Origin: a virus
DNA: 64,000 nt
Virus record (IMG/VR): IMGVR_UViG_3300044640_000597
Location: 21,966-85,965 of that record
Strand: one strand, 5' to 3'
Positions 41,794 to 51,258 of this stretch are shown piece by piece. The translations under genes were made by a program, and so were the position numbers. The first letter of the stretch is position 1; the number at the start of each line of letters is the position of its first letter. The notes under the pieces were generated by a model, which saw only the letters and a program-made list of their open reading frames with translations, did no database searches and was not told the DNA's origin.

Positions 41794-42936
41794 TTATTCA
41801 AACAGCTTCTTCATATCCAGTTGATCTGGATCAAATTTCTTAGCTCTGTTCTTTTCTACTTTTCCGTAGTTCTTAACTCTTTCTTCGTTACGTTGGATCT
41901 TATCTCTCAAGCTCTTTACACTTTCGGTCTTAGCCTTAGTAGTAATGATATCTTGAAGATTCATTCCTTTGTACATCAAGTAGTCAATAGCCAGTTTAAC
42001 GTCGAGCTCTGAATTAGAATAATCCATATCTCTACGTGTTCTGCCTGATTTATCTACAGGTGCGGAAATATAATCAAAGAACTTAGCTTTCTCTTTTTCA
42101 GGAATTCTAATCCCAGCAAATTCTTTTCCTTGGTCAATTGTAGAGGCTACATTCTCCCAAAATTCTTCCTGAGCTTTTTCTTGTTCCTGCTTTTCACGTT
42201 TCTGTTGCTCTACTATTTGCTCTCTTTCTTTAGACTGAATAGTAGCCAATTGTTTTTGGGCCACTACTGCTTTGTCGTAAAGTTTACCAGAGTCTTCATA
42301 GTCTTCGAGCATATCTTTAATGAACTCTTCATCGTGCCCTTTACTTTTAAAGTATTCAGATACAAATGCTTTTTGAGTTCTGCTATCATTCTGGTCAATC
42401 TCGTATTGAGAATAATCCAAATTTGGATTGTAAGCTTGAAAGAACTTTTCAGAATCTCCACCTGCAAGTACAAAGTCAAGATGCTTTTGTACTAGTGGGA
42501 ATTGTTGGAATAGTTCGTTAAGCTGATCTTCTGCAATATTCTGAGCAATGTCTTTGGTAAATTCTACCAGACCTTCCTCAGTGTCAGCATAGTCATTCTC
42601 AATATCGTAACCCAGTGCCTTTGCAATGGATTCTGCTACAGACCCAGACTCTTCCGAATCTTCTTCATCAGATTCATCATCGTCTTCTTCGTCTTCTTTA
42701 GCATACTTTTTGGATTGGAGTTCTTCGTCATCGTCGTCGTCTTCGTCTGAACTGGGTTTTCTACCACTGGACTCGGACTCGGATTCTGAATCGTTTGACT
42801 CTTCTTCTGATTCTTCTTCATTTTCTAATTCGTCTTTAGGTTTTGTCTCTTGTTCATCAAGAGTGTTGAGACCATCACCTATAAAATCGTCGAAGGTGAT
42901 ATCTGCAATGTTCAATTTTTGTTCTTTGGTTGCCAT
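41794..42936 (-). CDS. Acidic scaffold-like protein
   Basis: 380 aa with a very acidic N-terminal half and coiled coil, directly upstream of MCP. Confidence 0.7.
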   Translation of the reverse strand: MATKEQKLNIADITFDDFIGDGLNTLDEQETKPKDELENEEESEEESNDSESESESSGRKPSSDEDDDDDEELQSKKYAKEDEEDDDESDEEDSEESGSVAESIAKALGYDIENDYADTEEGLVEFTKDIAQNIAEDQLNELFQQFPLVQKHLDFVLAGGDSEKFFQAYNPNLDYSQYEIDQNDSRTQKAFVSEYFKSKGHDEEFIKDMLEDYEDSGKLYDKAVVAQKQLATIQSKEREQIVEQQKREKQEQEKAQEEFWENVASTIDQGKEFAGIRIPEKEKAKFFDYISAPVDKSGRTRRDMDYSNSELDVKLAIDYLMYKGMNLQDIITTKAKTESVKSLRDKIQRNEERVKNYGKVEKNRAKKFDPDQLDMKKLFE

Positions 42937-42941
42937 ATTTA

Positions 42942-42949
42942 CAAAGGTA
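42942..42949 (-). promoter_or_regulatory. -7 promoter box TACCTTTG
   Basis: TAnnTTTG, 5 nt before the scaffold ATG. Confidence 0.6.
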
Positions 42950-42979
42950 TTGGTTTACTTATAGTTAAAAAGTATAAAT

Positions 42980-44095
42980 TTATCTTTTATACTTAGCTTT
43001 ATTGTATAGCACTCTGTTCTTTAATCCCCCTATAATGTACCTCTTTCTAGAGTTTTCTGGGAGTCCAGATTTCCATTCGTACATTGAGATTTCCTGGTTG
43101 GTTTGATATGAACCTCCCATTTGCAGTTTGCTGATATAACTGTTAATATACTTTCTTTGGGTATCTAACTCTGTCTCATAGTTAGGGTTAGATGCATATC
43201 TTTTTCCTGCAGTATTTACAAATGCATTAGCTTTTAGCAAATCTTCGGGACTTTTTTGGCCCTTTGCTAAATAGTCATTGTACATCAGATCCATGTAATT
43301 ACGTACAGAATCCTTTGGGGAGGGAAAATCTTTGGTAGCCCCACTGTCTGTATTTCCTACATTGAAATAGTTATGTTGGCTTTTTAGAGTCTTACCAAGT
43401 TTAGTCTCCATCTGACCTTGAGTAAGTAGTAAGTCTAGTGGATACTCGTAGTTAGTAGCCCCGTAAAAATCTTTAGCAGCATCAGCAATATCTGTAGCTG
43501 TTAGAGTAGTTCCTTTAAATATAGGTCTGGACAAGTACTTATTAGCTCTATCATAGTACCCCTGATAGTCAAATTCTGATCCTGATGGCGCTGTAGGATT
43601 AGCTTCTTGATAATTGGTAAGATTTATTGCTCTTACTGGAGGGTTAATTTTTACGGCTGTTGCATCTTGTGCAGCACCCCCCGTTTGCATCCTAGCAGGA
43701 GATTCGATAACTGTCCCCTTGTACGGACCAGTGGGAAGATTAGCTATTCCAGGAGGGACGGCTTTAAATGACTCTACTAAGTTACCTGTAGCATCGACCT
43801 TATCTATGTTAATAGGAACTTTCATTCCCACAGTGCTAAAACTCTGCCCAGGTTGCACATCAGGGAAAGCCATAGATTGGTTTGTTTGCCCTTGTTCATG
43901 ATACGGGCGTAATCCTTGCCCTTGTTCTTCAGGGGTCTGTGCAACTTGCATTGGGGGCTGCATTTGTTGCTGTTGTACAAACTCCCCAATTAAATCTCTA
44001 CCTTGATCGTAGGCAGTAAAAGCTTCTAGAATGCTACCAGGATATCCAGTAGATCTAGCTTTATCTAATAACTGCCTTCTAGTAGAGTTATCCAT
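42980..44095 (-). CDS. Protein with GH73/FlgJ-like glucosaminidase domain
   Basis: LLTQGQMETKLG...HNYFNVG...F.SPKDSV..Y...RYASNPNY pattern. Confidence 0.7.
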   Translation of the reverse strand: MDNSTRRQLLDKARSTGYPGSILEAFTAYDQGRDLIGEFVQQQQMQPPMQVAQTPEEQGQGLRPYHEQGQTNQSMAFPDVQPGQSFSTVGMKVPINIDKVDATGNLVESFKAVPPGIANLPTGPYKGTVIESPARMQTGGAAQDATAVKINPPVRAINLTNYQEANPTAPSGSEFDYQGYYDRANKYLSRPIFKGTTLTATDIADAAKDFYGATNYEYPLDLLLTQGQMETKLGKTLKSQHNYFNVGNTDSGATKDFPSPKDSVRNYMDLMYNDYLAKGQKSPEDLLKANAFVNTAGKRYASNPNYETELDTQRKYINSYISKLQMGGSYQTNQEISMYEWKSGLPENSRKRYIIGGLKNRVLYNKAKYKR

Positions 44096-44523
44096 TAAGA
44101 TAAGAACTTAAGTTTATATTTAGCAGAATTAAGAGTAGACTTAATGGTGTCTAAGTCATTTACTATCTCAGAGAATTCACAGCCATCTTGCACTCTAGCT
44201 ATTTTAGCATAAAGTTGATCAATATAGCTGATAGCTTCTTTAACAGTAAACATTGTTGGGGCACATACACTTGGGGGCATATCTACAGGGTACTTTGGGA
44301 TTTCCCCAGTAGCTCCTTGAAAGCCTTCTGCAATAGTATCTGCATGATCTGGCAATGCATCGTATAATTCATTAAGGGCTTTGTGGGCTGCAAATGAGCC
44401 TGGGCCTATGATGGTTAAGTGAAGCACGTGGAATTTAAGTGCTGCATCCATTAACTCTACAACCAATGCTGGGATAGATTCTTTTTTAGATGCCTTGTCT
44501 TTCATTTTGTCAATATAGCTCAT
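44095..44523 (-). CDS. Ferritin/Dps-like four-helix protein
   Basis: H..H.....SFAAHKAL.ELYD.....D..AE..QG...KYKL.FL. Confidence 0.7.
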   Translation of the reverse strand: MSYIDKMKDKASKKESIPALVVELMDAALKFHVLHLTIIGPGSFAAHKALNELYDALPDHADTIAEGFQGATGEIPKYPVDMPPSVCAPTMFTVKEAISYIDQLYAKIARVQDGCEFSEIVNDLDTIKSTLNSAKYKLKFLS

Positions 44524-46727
44524 TCTGCGAGATTTTGACTAGCCTTCATGTCAATTTCTTTTTCCTTAAGGGCTAGCTGTTGTTGTTTAATTTGAAAGTC
44601 TTGCATCATCTTTTCAAGGTTATTGTTAGATGATTTATCTTGTGCTTCAGCTGCAATCAAAGCTTTCTCAATCTCTAACTGTCTATCCTTCTCTTTATCC
44701 AAAGCTGCCTGCTCAATAGCTTGCTGTTTAACTTGTAGTTCTGCTTGAGCTTGCTCTTGCTGTGCTTGCTCTTGGGCCTTTCTCAAGTCATCAGCTTGCT
44801 TTTCAGCTTGCTTAATTTTATCTTTAATTTGAGAGAAGCTATCACTTTCAAATATAGATACAATTGTTGACATTGGCATACCGTTCTGTACAGCTGCTTG
44901 AGCCAAGCCTTCAATTTTCTGTTTCTTCTCTGCATCTTTACCTGCATCAGAAACAAAGATTCCATACTCTGCCTCCATGTGAGTAACTGGATCAACATCA
45001 ATGTTGTCCATGCTACCATCAGGCATTACGTACATAGCCTTCTTTCCATTGAGCCAAGCCTCTTTTGAGTAATCCAAAAGTCCTTGGAGTTCTCTTCTTT
45101 CGAAGTGAGCAAATTTTCTAAAGATATCCTCTGTAATGTGAGAAGACTGCACAATGCTCTGCTGCGACGTGGCTTTTCCTTCATACGAACTCATTTGGCC
45201 CTGTCTCTGTCTAGTCACTCCACTCACCTTCTCCCATTCGACCATAATAGACTCTAGCAAGGTAAGGTATTGAGATATTGTCTTAATGGACATATCTAAT
45301 ACTGACTGATGCTGAGGAGACAATTGAATTCCTTCTTTGTTGTAGTCTACCCAAGCTATACCTGTACCTTCTACAAAATACATAAACTTATCCATGTCCC
45401 AGTTCTTAGGGATCATGTTAATGTCGAACTGAGCAATAATGTCTTTGCTTCGTGCAATAGCTAGTTCAAGACGGTATTTGTAAATATTGTAATTGAGCTG
45501 ATAAGCTATTCCTAAGCTTACCAAAGAAACACTCTGAGAGTTAATGTCAGAGTACTTTCTTCCATTGATTGGAAGTTTACATCTAGAAGGATTGTCTAAG
45601 CTGTTACGTTGGTTCTTGTATGGACGGATGTTTACAAAGAATCTTCTATCAATTCTAGTTCCCTCCCATACTTCGTTTACCCACTCCCATTCCATCTTAG
45701 CATTAAGATCTTTGAGTTCCTGAGGCAACTTGTATCCCTCTTCTACGTCAAACATCTCAGTATTCCCCGTATTAGGATCGTCATAAGTCACAAATCCAAT
45801 ACGTTTCCTACTCTTCCAGTAAACTGTTATTATCTCAATTAATCTATTACGATAGATGTTATCATCTGCCCCACTTGCTTCTGCCCTATATAAGAGGTAA
45901 GCTTCTGCTGATGTATGTGTTGGGGATTCTAGCTCGAGAACCTGCTCATCAGATAGATATTCCCCGAATATGTCAATAATGGTAGATGCATGAGAATATT
46001 TTCTAATGATGGCCCAATCGGCATCCTCAACAAAATCGATATCAGGATCTTTGTCATAATCTACATCTAATGGATTAACTACATCGTAAAATACTTCATC
46101 TCTTCTTACCCCTTTATGTGAGTATGTTTCCCCAGTTACAAGGAAGTGGAAAAACAACTTTTGAAACGTATCATAAACTTCATTGTAGTACATGATATAG
46201 TTCACAGCTGCTTGCCCCATTACTGCTCTGTGATCTACATAACTTCTTTCGAATTCTTCTGCTACTTGCTTTGGGAGAGGTGGTTCCTGGTCTTGTGGGA
46301 GCTCTACCTGTTGCTGTTTAGCTAGCTCGGCTAAGAACTTATTCTTAAGATTAGCCAACATTAAGTTCTTAAGTGCCTCTTCTTTCAAACTGATCGAGTC
46401 AGCATTCTGCACAGTAACTGTGTACTCTAAAGGACGTTTAGCTTTCTCCCCAAGCAACAGATCGATGATCGGCTTAATGATCGGATAGTTACGGAGCTTC
46501 GAAGGAAAGTGGCTTCGGGTTTTGCCATAAGGTTTAAGGACATAGTTGTAGTCCTCCTCGTCGATTACCCCGTTATAGTAATCATACAGAGATTTCAGGT
46601 AACTGCGTCTCTCACTAATACCAAACTTTGACAGATTGATAAAGGCATTGACACAGTCTTCTTTCCACTTGTCATCTTTCTGAGAGAAGGGAATTCGTTG
46701 CTTGGGGATTGTAGCTTGTCCGAACAT
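44520..46727 (-). CDS. Portal protein
   Basis: 735 aa. YPII.P.IDLL.GE..KRP, W.W.NEVWEG and SGVTRQRQG motifs; follows TerL. Confidence 0.9.
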   Translation of the reverse strand: MFGQATIPKQRIPFSQKDDKWKEDCVNAFINLSKFGISERRSYLKSLYDYYNGVIDEEDYNYVLKPYGKTRSHFPSKLRNYPIIKPIIDLLLGEKAKRPLEYTVTVQNADSISLKEEALKNLMLANLKNKFLAELAKQQQVELPQDQEPPLPKQVAEEFERSYVDHRAVMGQAAVNYIMYYNEVYDTFQKLFFHFLVTGETYSHKGVRRDEVFYDVVNPLDVDYDKDPDIDFVEDADWAIIRKYSHASTIIDIFGEYLSDEQVLELESPTHTSAEAYLLYRAEASGADDNIYRNRLIEIITVYWKSRKRIGFVTYDDPNTGNTEMFDVEEGYKLPQELKDLNAKMEWEWVNEVWEGTRIDRRFFVNIRPYKNQRNSLDNPSRCKLPINGRKYSDINSQSVSLVSLGIAYQLNYNIYKYRLELAIARSKDIIAQFDINMIPKNWDMDKFMYFVEGTGIAWVDYNKEGIQLSPQHQSVLDMSIKTISQYLTLLESIMVEWEKVSGVTRQRQGQMSSYEGKATSQQSIVQSSHITEDIFRKFAHFERRELQGLLDYSKEAWLNGKKAMYVMPDGSMDNIDVDPVTHMEAEYGIFVSDAGKDAEKKQKIEGLAQAAVQNGMPMSTIVSIFESDSFSQIKDKIKQAEKQADDLRKAQEQAQQEQAQAELQVKQQAIEQAALDKEKDRQLEIEKALIAAEAQDKSSNNNLEKMMQDFQIKQQQLALKEKEIDMKASQNLAE

Positions 46728-46732
46728 TAATA

Positions 46733-46740
46733 CAAAAGTA
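46733..46740 (-). promoter_or_regulatory. -7 promoter box TACTTTTG
   Basis: TAnnTTTG, 5 nt before the portal ATG. Confidence 0.6.
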
Positions 46741-46804
46741 GGTTTGTTTTACAGCAGGTCTTTAAAATAAGTTGATTTGTGGGATTGTTTATTGTATCAC
46801 ACTC

Positions 46805-48772
46805 TTACTTATAAATCTTATCAAACCAATCATTGCTTGAGTTATCAGTATCATTAAAGCTTAACTCCTTGTTATATAACTCTCTAGTGTGGTACATGCC
46901 CACCATCAAGGCCATAACACGGTCAAAGTTACCCTTCCTGTTAAACTTGATTAACTCTTGCAACAATGCAAGGTCATAAATCTTCTGCAAGTTAAGGGTA
47001 ATATTGCCTTCTTCGTCAGCCCCTCTCCCAGAAATTAACCAGTCTCTGATATAAAGTTCTCCCTGAGACTTTCTCTGCTCGGTCATGTGCATACCAAACT
47101 GACGTTTAACATTCTTACTTCGAAGCTCTTTTTTATCCAACATCTCAAATTCTTCTTGCAGCAGGTGCATTTTACGGAATCTCTTAGCATAAGCTATGAC
47201 TTCTCCTCGGTCATTCTCGAATCCTATCTTAGCATTGTAGTATTCTGCTAGCATAAATAGTGTTCGGTTGTATTCATCCTGAGTTTGAGGACGGCCTACG
47301 TAAGATGCTACAATTAAGTCATCTGGCTTAGACATATTGTTAGGCACCTTAAGAACATAAGCTGCTCCTAGAGAGCTAGAGCTTTCTGCTTTTCCCTGCG
47401 CATATGGGTCATGACAAATAACGTACAGGTTCTTTGGGGTTACTTCTTCTACTTCTGTTTTAAACGGGGTTTCGTATATTACTACAGCTCCAGTTAAGTT
47501 GTCATCCTTTCTGTGTGGGAATTTAGATATTGCTCTAAGATTGCTGTTAGGGGCAAAATCAGCCTTCCCTTTAGTGTTGTAGTACATCTCCCCTACCACG
47601 CCAATTGTATCCAAGTTGCCAGATATTACTCTATTATACTGTTCTTTTAACGAGTTAACGTCGAATGTGTTTGCCGTGACTTGCAAGGTTGCTTCCTGCG
47701 GAGTAAAGGGATGTTCAGCTATATACTGATCGTAGGACTTTGGGTCATTCCCTTTCTTCTTTTTCTCTCTTTGCTCTTCTTCGTACTCAACTGCTTCGTT
47801 AATTAAACTATTTCCATTCTCATCTATGAATCCATCTAGATTCTTGTAGATTGGGACGAAGTATCCACAGATTGTTCCCATAGCCCCTGCATCCCAATCG
47901 TTCTCAAACCCTAAACAGTTGTAAGCCTCAGGGTGATAGAACAGTTCTTCCAGTCCTTCGAATCCAGGGCCCTCTTCTCCACCAGTTCCAAAGGCAATCA
48001 TGGTACCTAACGTCTTAGAACCCTGTCTCATTGTAGGCATAGCTACCTCCCAAGCCTTAAGCAAGCCTGAGAATGAACCTGATTCTTCGAAGAATATCAA
48101 CTCCCCTGCTTTACCACGTATCTTATCTGGATCGTCTTTTAGAGAGACCCCAATTATCTGTGACTTAAACCCTAGAGTTACGTCAGCCCCATTTACGTTC
48201 TTCTTATAGCCTGATTGCTTGTGCATCTCACGGTCAATTAAACGAGGTTGTGTCCAAGCTGTGTTATCGTCTATAAAAGATATGATATCCCAAGCTTTAG
48301 ATAGTATTCCATCTCCAGTTAGGTACTGCTTATCCGATGCAAACACGAGGTTCTTACTGTTTCTAAGGTGAAAGTAGTTCCTACATAGCATAGCTGCAGC
48401 TTTGTAAGAGAAACCCTTACGTCTAGCCTTGAGTACAACCATGTGTTTGTTCTCCCTTCTGGCCTTATCTACAGCATTAAAGTACTCAAAATCCCCATCA
48501 TAAAAGGCTGGGAAACTTCGATCTCTTCGTGATATTACCTCCCCATCTGGCTGCTCTTCATCGATAATTCTATCAATTGGGCAGTAGTTAAGGTAGAAAT
48601 AGTGGAATCCTGATATCTTAACCCCATTTATCTCATGCCCATGCATGCATTTAAACTGCTCACTATCCCAATAGTCGTAGTATTGCTTGGTTCCAGGTAG
48701 GGCATCAGTGTAGTGCCCATACTCGATGTAGTGTTTAGCTACTGCAGAGAATAGATGGGTATCTTTTAGCAT
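46805..48772 (-). CDS. terL: Terminase large subunit
   Basis: Walker A variant LKARRKGFSY, Walker B FFEESG, GTGG coupling motif, nuclease HDPY and GNFDRV. Confidence 0.92.
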   Translation of the reverse strand: MLKDTHLFSAVAKHYIEYGHYTDALPGTKQYYDYWDSEQFKCMHGHEINGVKISGFHYFYLNYCPIDRIIDEEQPDGEVISRRDRSFPAFYDGDFEYFNAVDKARRENKHMVVLKARRKGFSYKAAAMLCRNYFHLRNSKNLVFASDKQYLTGDGILSKAWDIISFIDDNTAWTQPRLIDREMHKQSGYKKNVNGADVTLGFKSQIIGVSLKDDPDKIRGKAGELIFFEESGSFSGLLKAWEVAMPTMRQGSKTLGTMIAFGTGGEEGPGFEGLEELFYHPEAYNCLGFENDWDAGAMGTICGYFVPIYKNLDGFIDENGNSLINEAVEYEEEQREKKKKGNDPKSYDQYIAEHPFTPQEATLQVTANTFDVNSLKEQYNRVISGNLDTIGVVGEMYYNTKGKADFAPNSNLRAISKFPHRKDDNLTGAVVIYETPFKTEVEEVTPKNLYVICHDPYAQGKAESSSSLGAAYVLKVPNNMSKPDDLIVASYVGRPQTQDEYNRTLFMLAEYYNAKIGFENDRGEVIAYAKRFRKMHLLQEEFEMLDKKELRSKNVKRQFGMHMTEQRKSQGELYIRDWLISGRGADEEGNITLNLQKIYDLALLQELIKFNRKGNFDRVMALMVGMYHTRELYNKELSFNDTDNSSNDWFDKIYK

Positions 48773-49269
48773 TATTCACTGTATTTGTTAGTCTTAACCC
48801 CTGCTCTGTTAGGGTTATCCTTAGCCTGCTGCTTCTGTACTAGCTCTTCTAGTCTATCTAAGCCTTCGATTACCTCCCCAATCTTAGATAGGTTAGCAAC
48901 TAGGTCTTTTGCTTGGTAGAGAAGCTTACCGTTCTCATCCATAGCTGTAAGATCGATGTCTTTGAAGTACTTTTCTAGCTTATTAACTGCAGACCTAGCT
49001 GACTTAAGTAGTTTTACAGCATGTGTATCGGACAACTCCCTGTACTTATTCAACCCTGCATGTAAGTTAGGGGTTGACTTGACCTTTAAGTCCTCCATTA
49101 GCTTATCTTTCCTCTCATTCTCGTCATAAGCTGCATAGCTGGACCTATGATCTGCAAAAAAGTAGATAAATGCTAACTCTTTAGTAGTTAACTTCTCGAA
49201 TTCTGGGATAGTCAAAGCATACGGAGATGGGATGACTATGTTATTATTTACTGTTAGCAAGTCTTTCAT
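48772..49269 (-). CDS. Conserved protein upstream of TerL (possible terminase small subunit)
   Basis: 165 aa, helical, translationally coupled to TerL. Confidence 0.45.
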   Translation of the reverse strand: MKDLLTVNNNIVIPSPYALTIPEFEKLTTKELAFIYFFADHRSSYAAYDENERKDKLMEDLKVKSTPNLHAGLNKYRELSDTHAVKLLKSARSAVNKLEKYFKDIDLTAMDENGKLLYQAKDLVANLSKIGEVIEGLDRLEELVQKQQAKDNPNRAGVKTNKYSE

Positions 49270-49480
49270 TTTTGCGCCTGGTTTTCTCGTTTAGATGGGC
49301 TATCCTTTCTGCTTTAGCTGAGAATGCCCCAAAATATGGGAGTCTGATTGTAGCAAACCCCCCTTCTTTCATGATTTTAGCTACATACTTAAACTGATAG
49401 TAGATAATCTCCTCTACTTTTTGTAGCGGGAGGTTATGTTTAGTAGCTAACTTCTGAATGATTACTTTTTCCTTGTTCAT
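49244..49480 (-). CDS. Small HU/IHF-like protein
   Basis: IRLPYFGAF motif after a helical N-terminus. Confidence 0.55.
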   Translation of the reverse strand: MNKEKVIIQKLATKHNLPLQKVEEIIYYQFKYVAKIMKEGGFATIRLPYFGAFSAKAERIAHLNEKTRRKNERLANSK

Positions 49481-49767
49481 TTCCGAAGGTTAATCGGTTT
49501 TCCCGACTTTCCAATCTGAATAGGTTCCCACCTAGATGGCTCATCAGGGCATTTAGCTGTTTGCCAGCTGGCTTTCTGCTCAATATAGCACCCACACAAG
49601 CCACACTGTTTAGTTTCCTCTTGCAAATTAGGACATTTGAGACATGTCTCTATTCTTTCCTCGTACTCTTCTTGAGTTACAGAGGGCATTCCAGCTGCAA
49701 TATACTCTGCTGATGCTTTTGCAAAGTTTGCAATCATTTTAAGAAATGATGGGGTCTTTTTACTCAT
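49477..49767 (-). CDS. Small Cys-rich (Zn-binding) protein
   Basis: R...C..CP......C..CGC....K.......CP...W pattern. Confidence 0.65.
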   Translation of the reverse strand: MSKKTPSFLKMIANFAKASAEYIAAGMPSVTQEEYEERIETCLKCPNLQEETKQCGLCGCYIEQKASWQTAKCPDEPSRWEPIQIGKSGKPINLRK

Positions 49768-49910
49768 GCTTCTTCGATGTTTGGTTCTATTAATTCTGTT
49801 AAATGAAGTCCTTCTACGTTTCCATACCCATCTTGTATCACCATTAGTGAGTAAAACCCTATATAAAAGAAGGTGAGTACTTTAGTTGGGGGGATAAATA
49901 CTGGGTTCAT
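49764..49910 (-). CDS. 48-aa hypothetical protein (not in ORF track)
   Basis: MNPVFIPPTKVLTFFYIGFYSLMVIQDGYGNVEGLHLTELIEPNIEEA. It fills the gap exactly, with ATGA overlaps at both ends. Confidence 0.55.
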   Translation of the reverse strand: MNPVFIPPTKVLTFFYIGFYSLMVIQDGYGNVEGLHLTELIEPNIEEA

Positions 49911-50236
49911 ACTGGGAGGATGTGTATTTCTACTGGCTCTCTTTTCAATATAGTAGCTAGTTCATACCCGTTCTTAGTTTGCGTGATTGCTCCCTTATCT
50001 TTCAATCTTTTCACGTAGTTATTAAGGGTATTGTGGTCCTTAATTCCTAGCTTTTCCGATATCTTCTTCTTATTTGCTGGGGAGCATAAGTTAACAGTCT
50101 CGCTTGAATCAATGAATTCAGCTAAGACTTTAAGCTCTGTGTCTGTTAGCTCTAGTATCCCGTTAAATATCTGGAGAAATTTCTGGGTCGTATCCGTCTT
50201 GATTACGATCCTCCGTACTTTCTGTTGATTCTTCAT
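49907..50236 (-). CDS. Winged-HTH DNA-binding protein
   Basis: LTDTELKVL...KKISEKLGI...TLNNYVKRLKDKGAI. Confidence 0.6.
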   Translation of the reverse strand: MKNQQKVRRIVIKTDTTQKFLQIFNGILELTDTELKVLAEFIDSSETVNLCSPANKKKISEKLGIKDHNTLNNYVKRLKDKGAITQTKNGYELATILKREPVEIHILPV

Positions 50237-50468
50237 TTGTAATTTGGATTTTAGCTCGTCCTTCGACTATCTTAATCTTGCATCTCTTAGAGTAACTGTT
50301 AAACTCTTCTACATGATCGTCTATATTCTCTCTAGTTATTAGAAAAGAGAGAAATACCTCCAATTCCTTGGCGGCTTTTACGATCTCATCCGTTACCTTA
50401 CTCCCTGAGTCTGCTTGTTTACGAAGGGAGTCAAAGTCAGCTAGGGATATTGTTACTGTCCCTACCAT
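50163..50468 (-). CDS. Hypothetical protein
   Basis: 101-aa ORF after groES; TVTISL.DFD.LR start. Confidence 0.55.
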   Translation of the reverse strand: MVGTVTISLADFDSLRKQADSGSKVTDEIVKAAKELEVFLSFLITRENIDDHVEEFNSYSKRCKIKIVEGRAKIQITNEESTESTEDRNQDGYDPEISPDI

Positions 50469-50470
50469 TT

Positions 50471-50740
50471 TTATTTGTTAATTACCCCAAGAAGCATGAA
50501 TTCGTTTACCATTACATACTGAGTTCCCTCAACATCGATGATTACGCCTTCCGTGTGCGGGTGCACGTATACGGTGTCTCCCTCTTTAACCTGTTTACAT
50601 TCAGGTCCAACTTTAATGGCTTCGAGGATGTTAGACTTTAGTGAATTAGCAGCTTCGTCTGATAGAAGGATTCCGCTGTCTGTTACTTTCTTGTGTGGGA
50701 TTGGGAGTACTACCCAATCTCTGGTCGGATTAAAGTTCAT
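50471..50740 (-). CDS. groES: GroES/Cpn10 co-chaperonin
   Basis: P..DWVV......TDSGILL......VGP....VKEGDTV......YVMV.E..LLG. Likely ATG at 50740. Confidence 0.85.
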   Translation of the reverse strand: MNFNPTRDWVVLPIPHKKVTDSGILLSDEAANSLKSNILEAIKVGPECKQVKEGDTVYVHPHTEGVIIDVEGTQYVMVNEFMLLGVINK

Positions 50741-50758
50741 ATTACGTTTGGTTTTATG

Positions 50759-50766
50759 CAAATGTA
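50759..50766 (-). promoter_or_regulatory. -7 promoter box TACATTTG upstream of the groES-TerL operon
   Basis: TAnnTTTG, intergenic. Confidence 0.5.
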
Positions 50767-50796
50767 ATAGGAATCTTTATATAGTCAATACTTTTA

Positions 50797-51258
50797 TTAA
50801 AAAATAGCAAAATAAGCTGTAGTCAAGGCTAGACCCCCTACTCCGATTGTTAGGATGGTGTTCTTTAGCTTAAGGACTTTGACTTGCTTTTTAAGATCGT
50901 TAACTTTATTCTCATTTTCAGTCTTAAGCTTAGTCTCTATTGCTATTTTATTCTCATAAACTACCTGCAGGTCTTGGATACTAGTAGCTTGTACCCCAGT
51001 TATCTTTGAGTAATAGTCTAGTTTCTCTTTCTGAATATTGTACAATCTCTCCATCCTGGTAGCGGCATCGTACCAGTACATCATAGAACTAAAGTTAAGG
51101 TTAATTAAGCTCGTTTGGTATGTTGATAGTACGGGAAAAGAATCCTGCTTTAAGGAGGGAGTCCGAAACTTTAAGGACTTCTGCGAGCTTGCGGTTAGCA
51201 CCACGAGCATCAGCATTGAGGATATTATAAACCTCTTGATTGTAGTATTCATTGACAA
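50797..51258 (-). CDS. Spanin-like envelope protein
   Basis: Signal peptide, coiled coil and C-terminal hydrophobic stretch; overlaps the upstream membrane gene in the lysis cassette. Confidence 0.45.
   Translation of the reverse strand: MSMNTTIKRFIISSMLMLVVLTASSQKSLKFRTPSLKQDSFPVLSTYQTSLINLNFSSMMYWYDAATRMERLYNIQKEKLDYYSKITGVQATSIQDLQVVYENKIAIETKLKTENENKVNDLKKQVKVLKLKNTILTIGVGGLALTTAYFAIF

Noticed and set aside
40332-48772. Introns or inteins in MCP, portal or TerL
   Set aside because: ORFs are continuous and of ordinary length, with no intein termini or homing endonuclease motifs.
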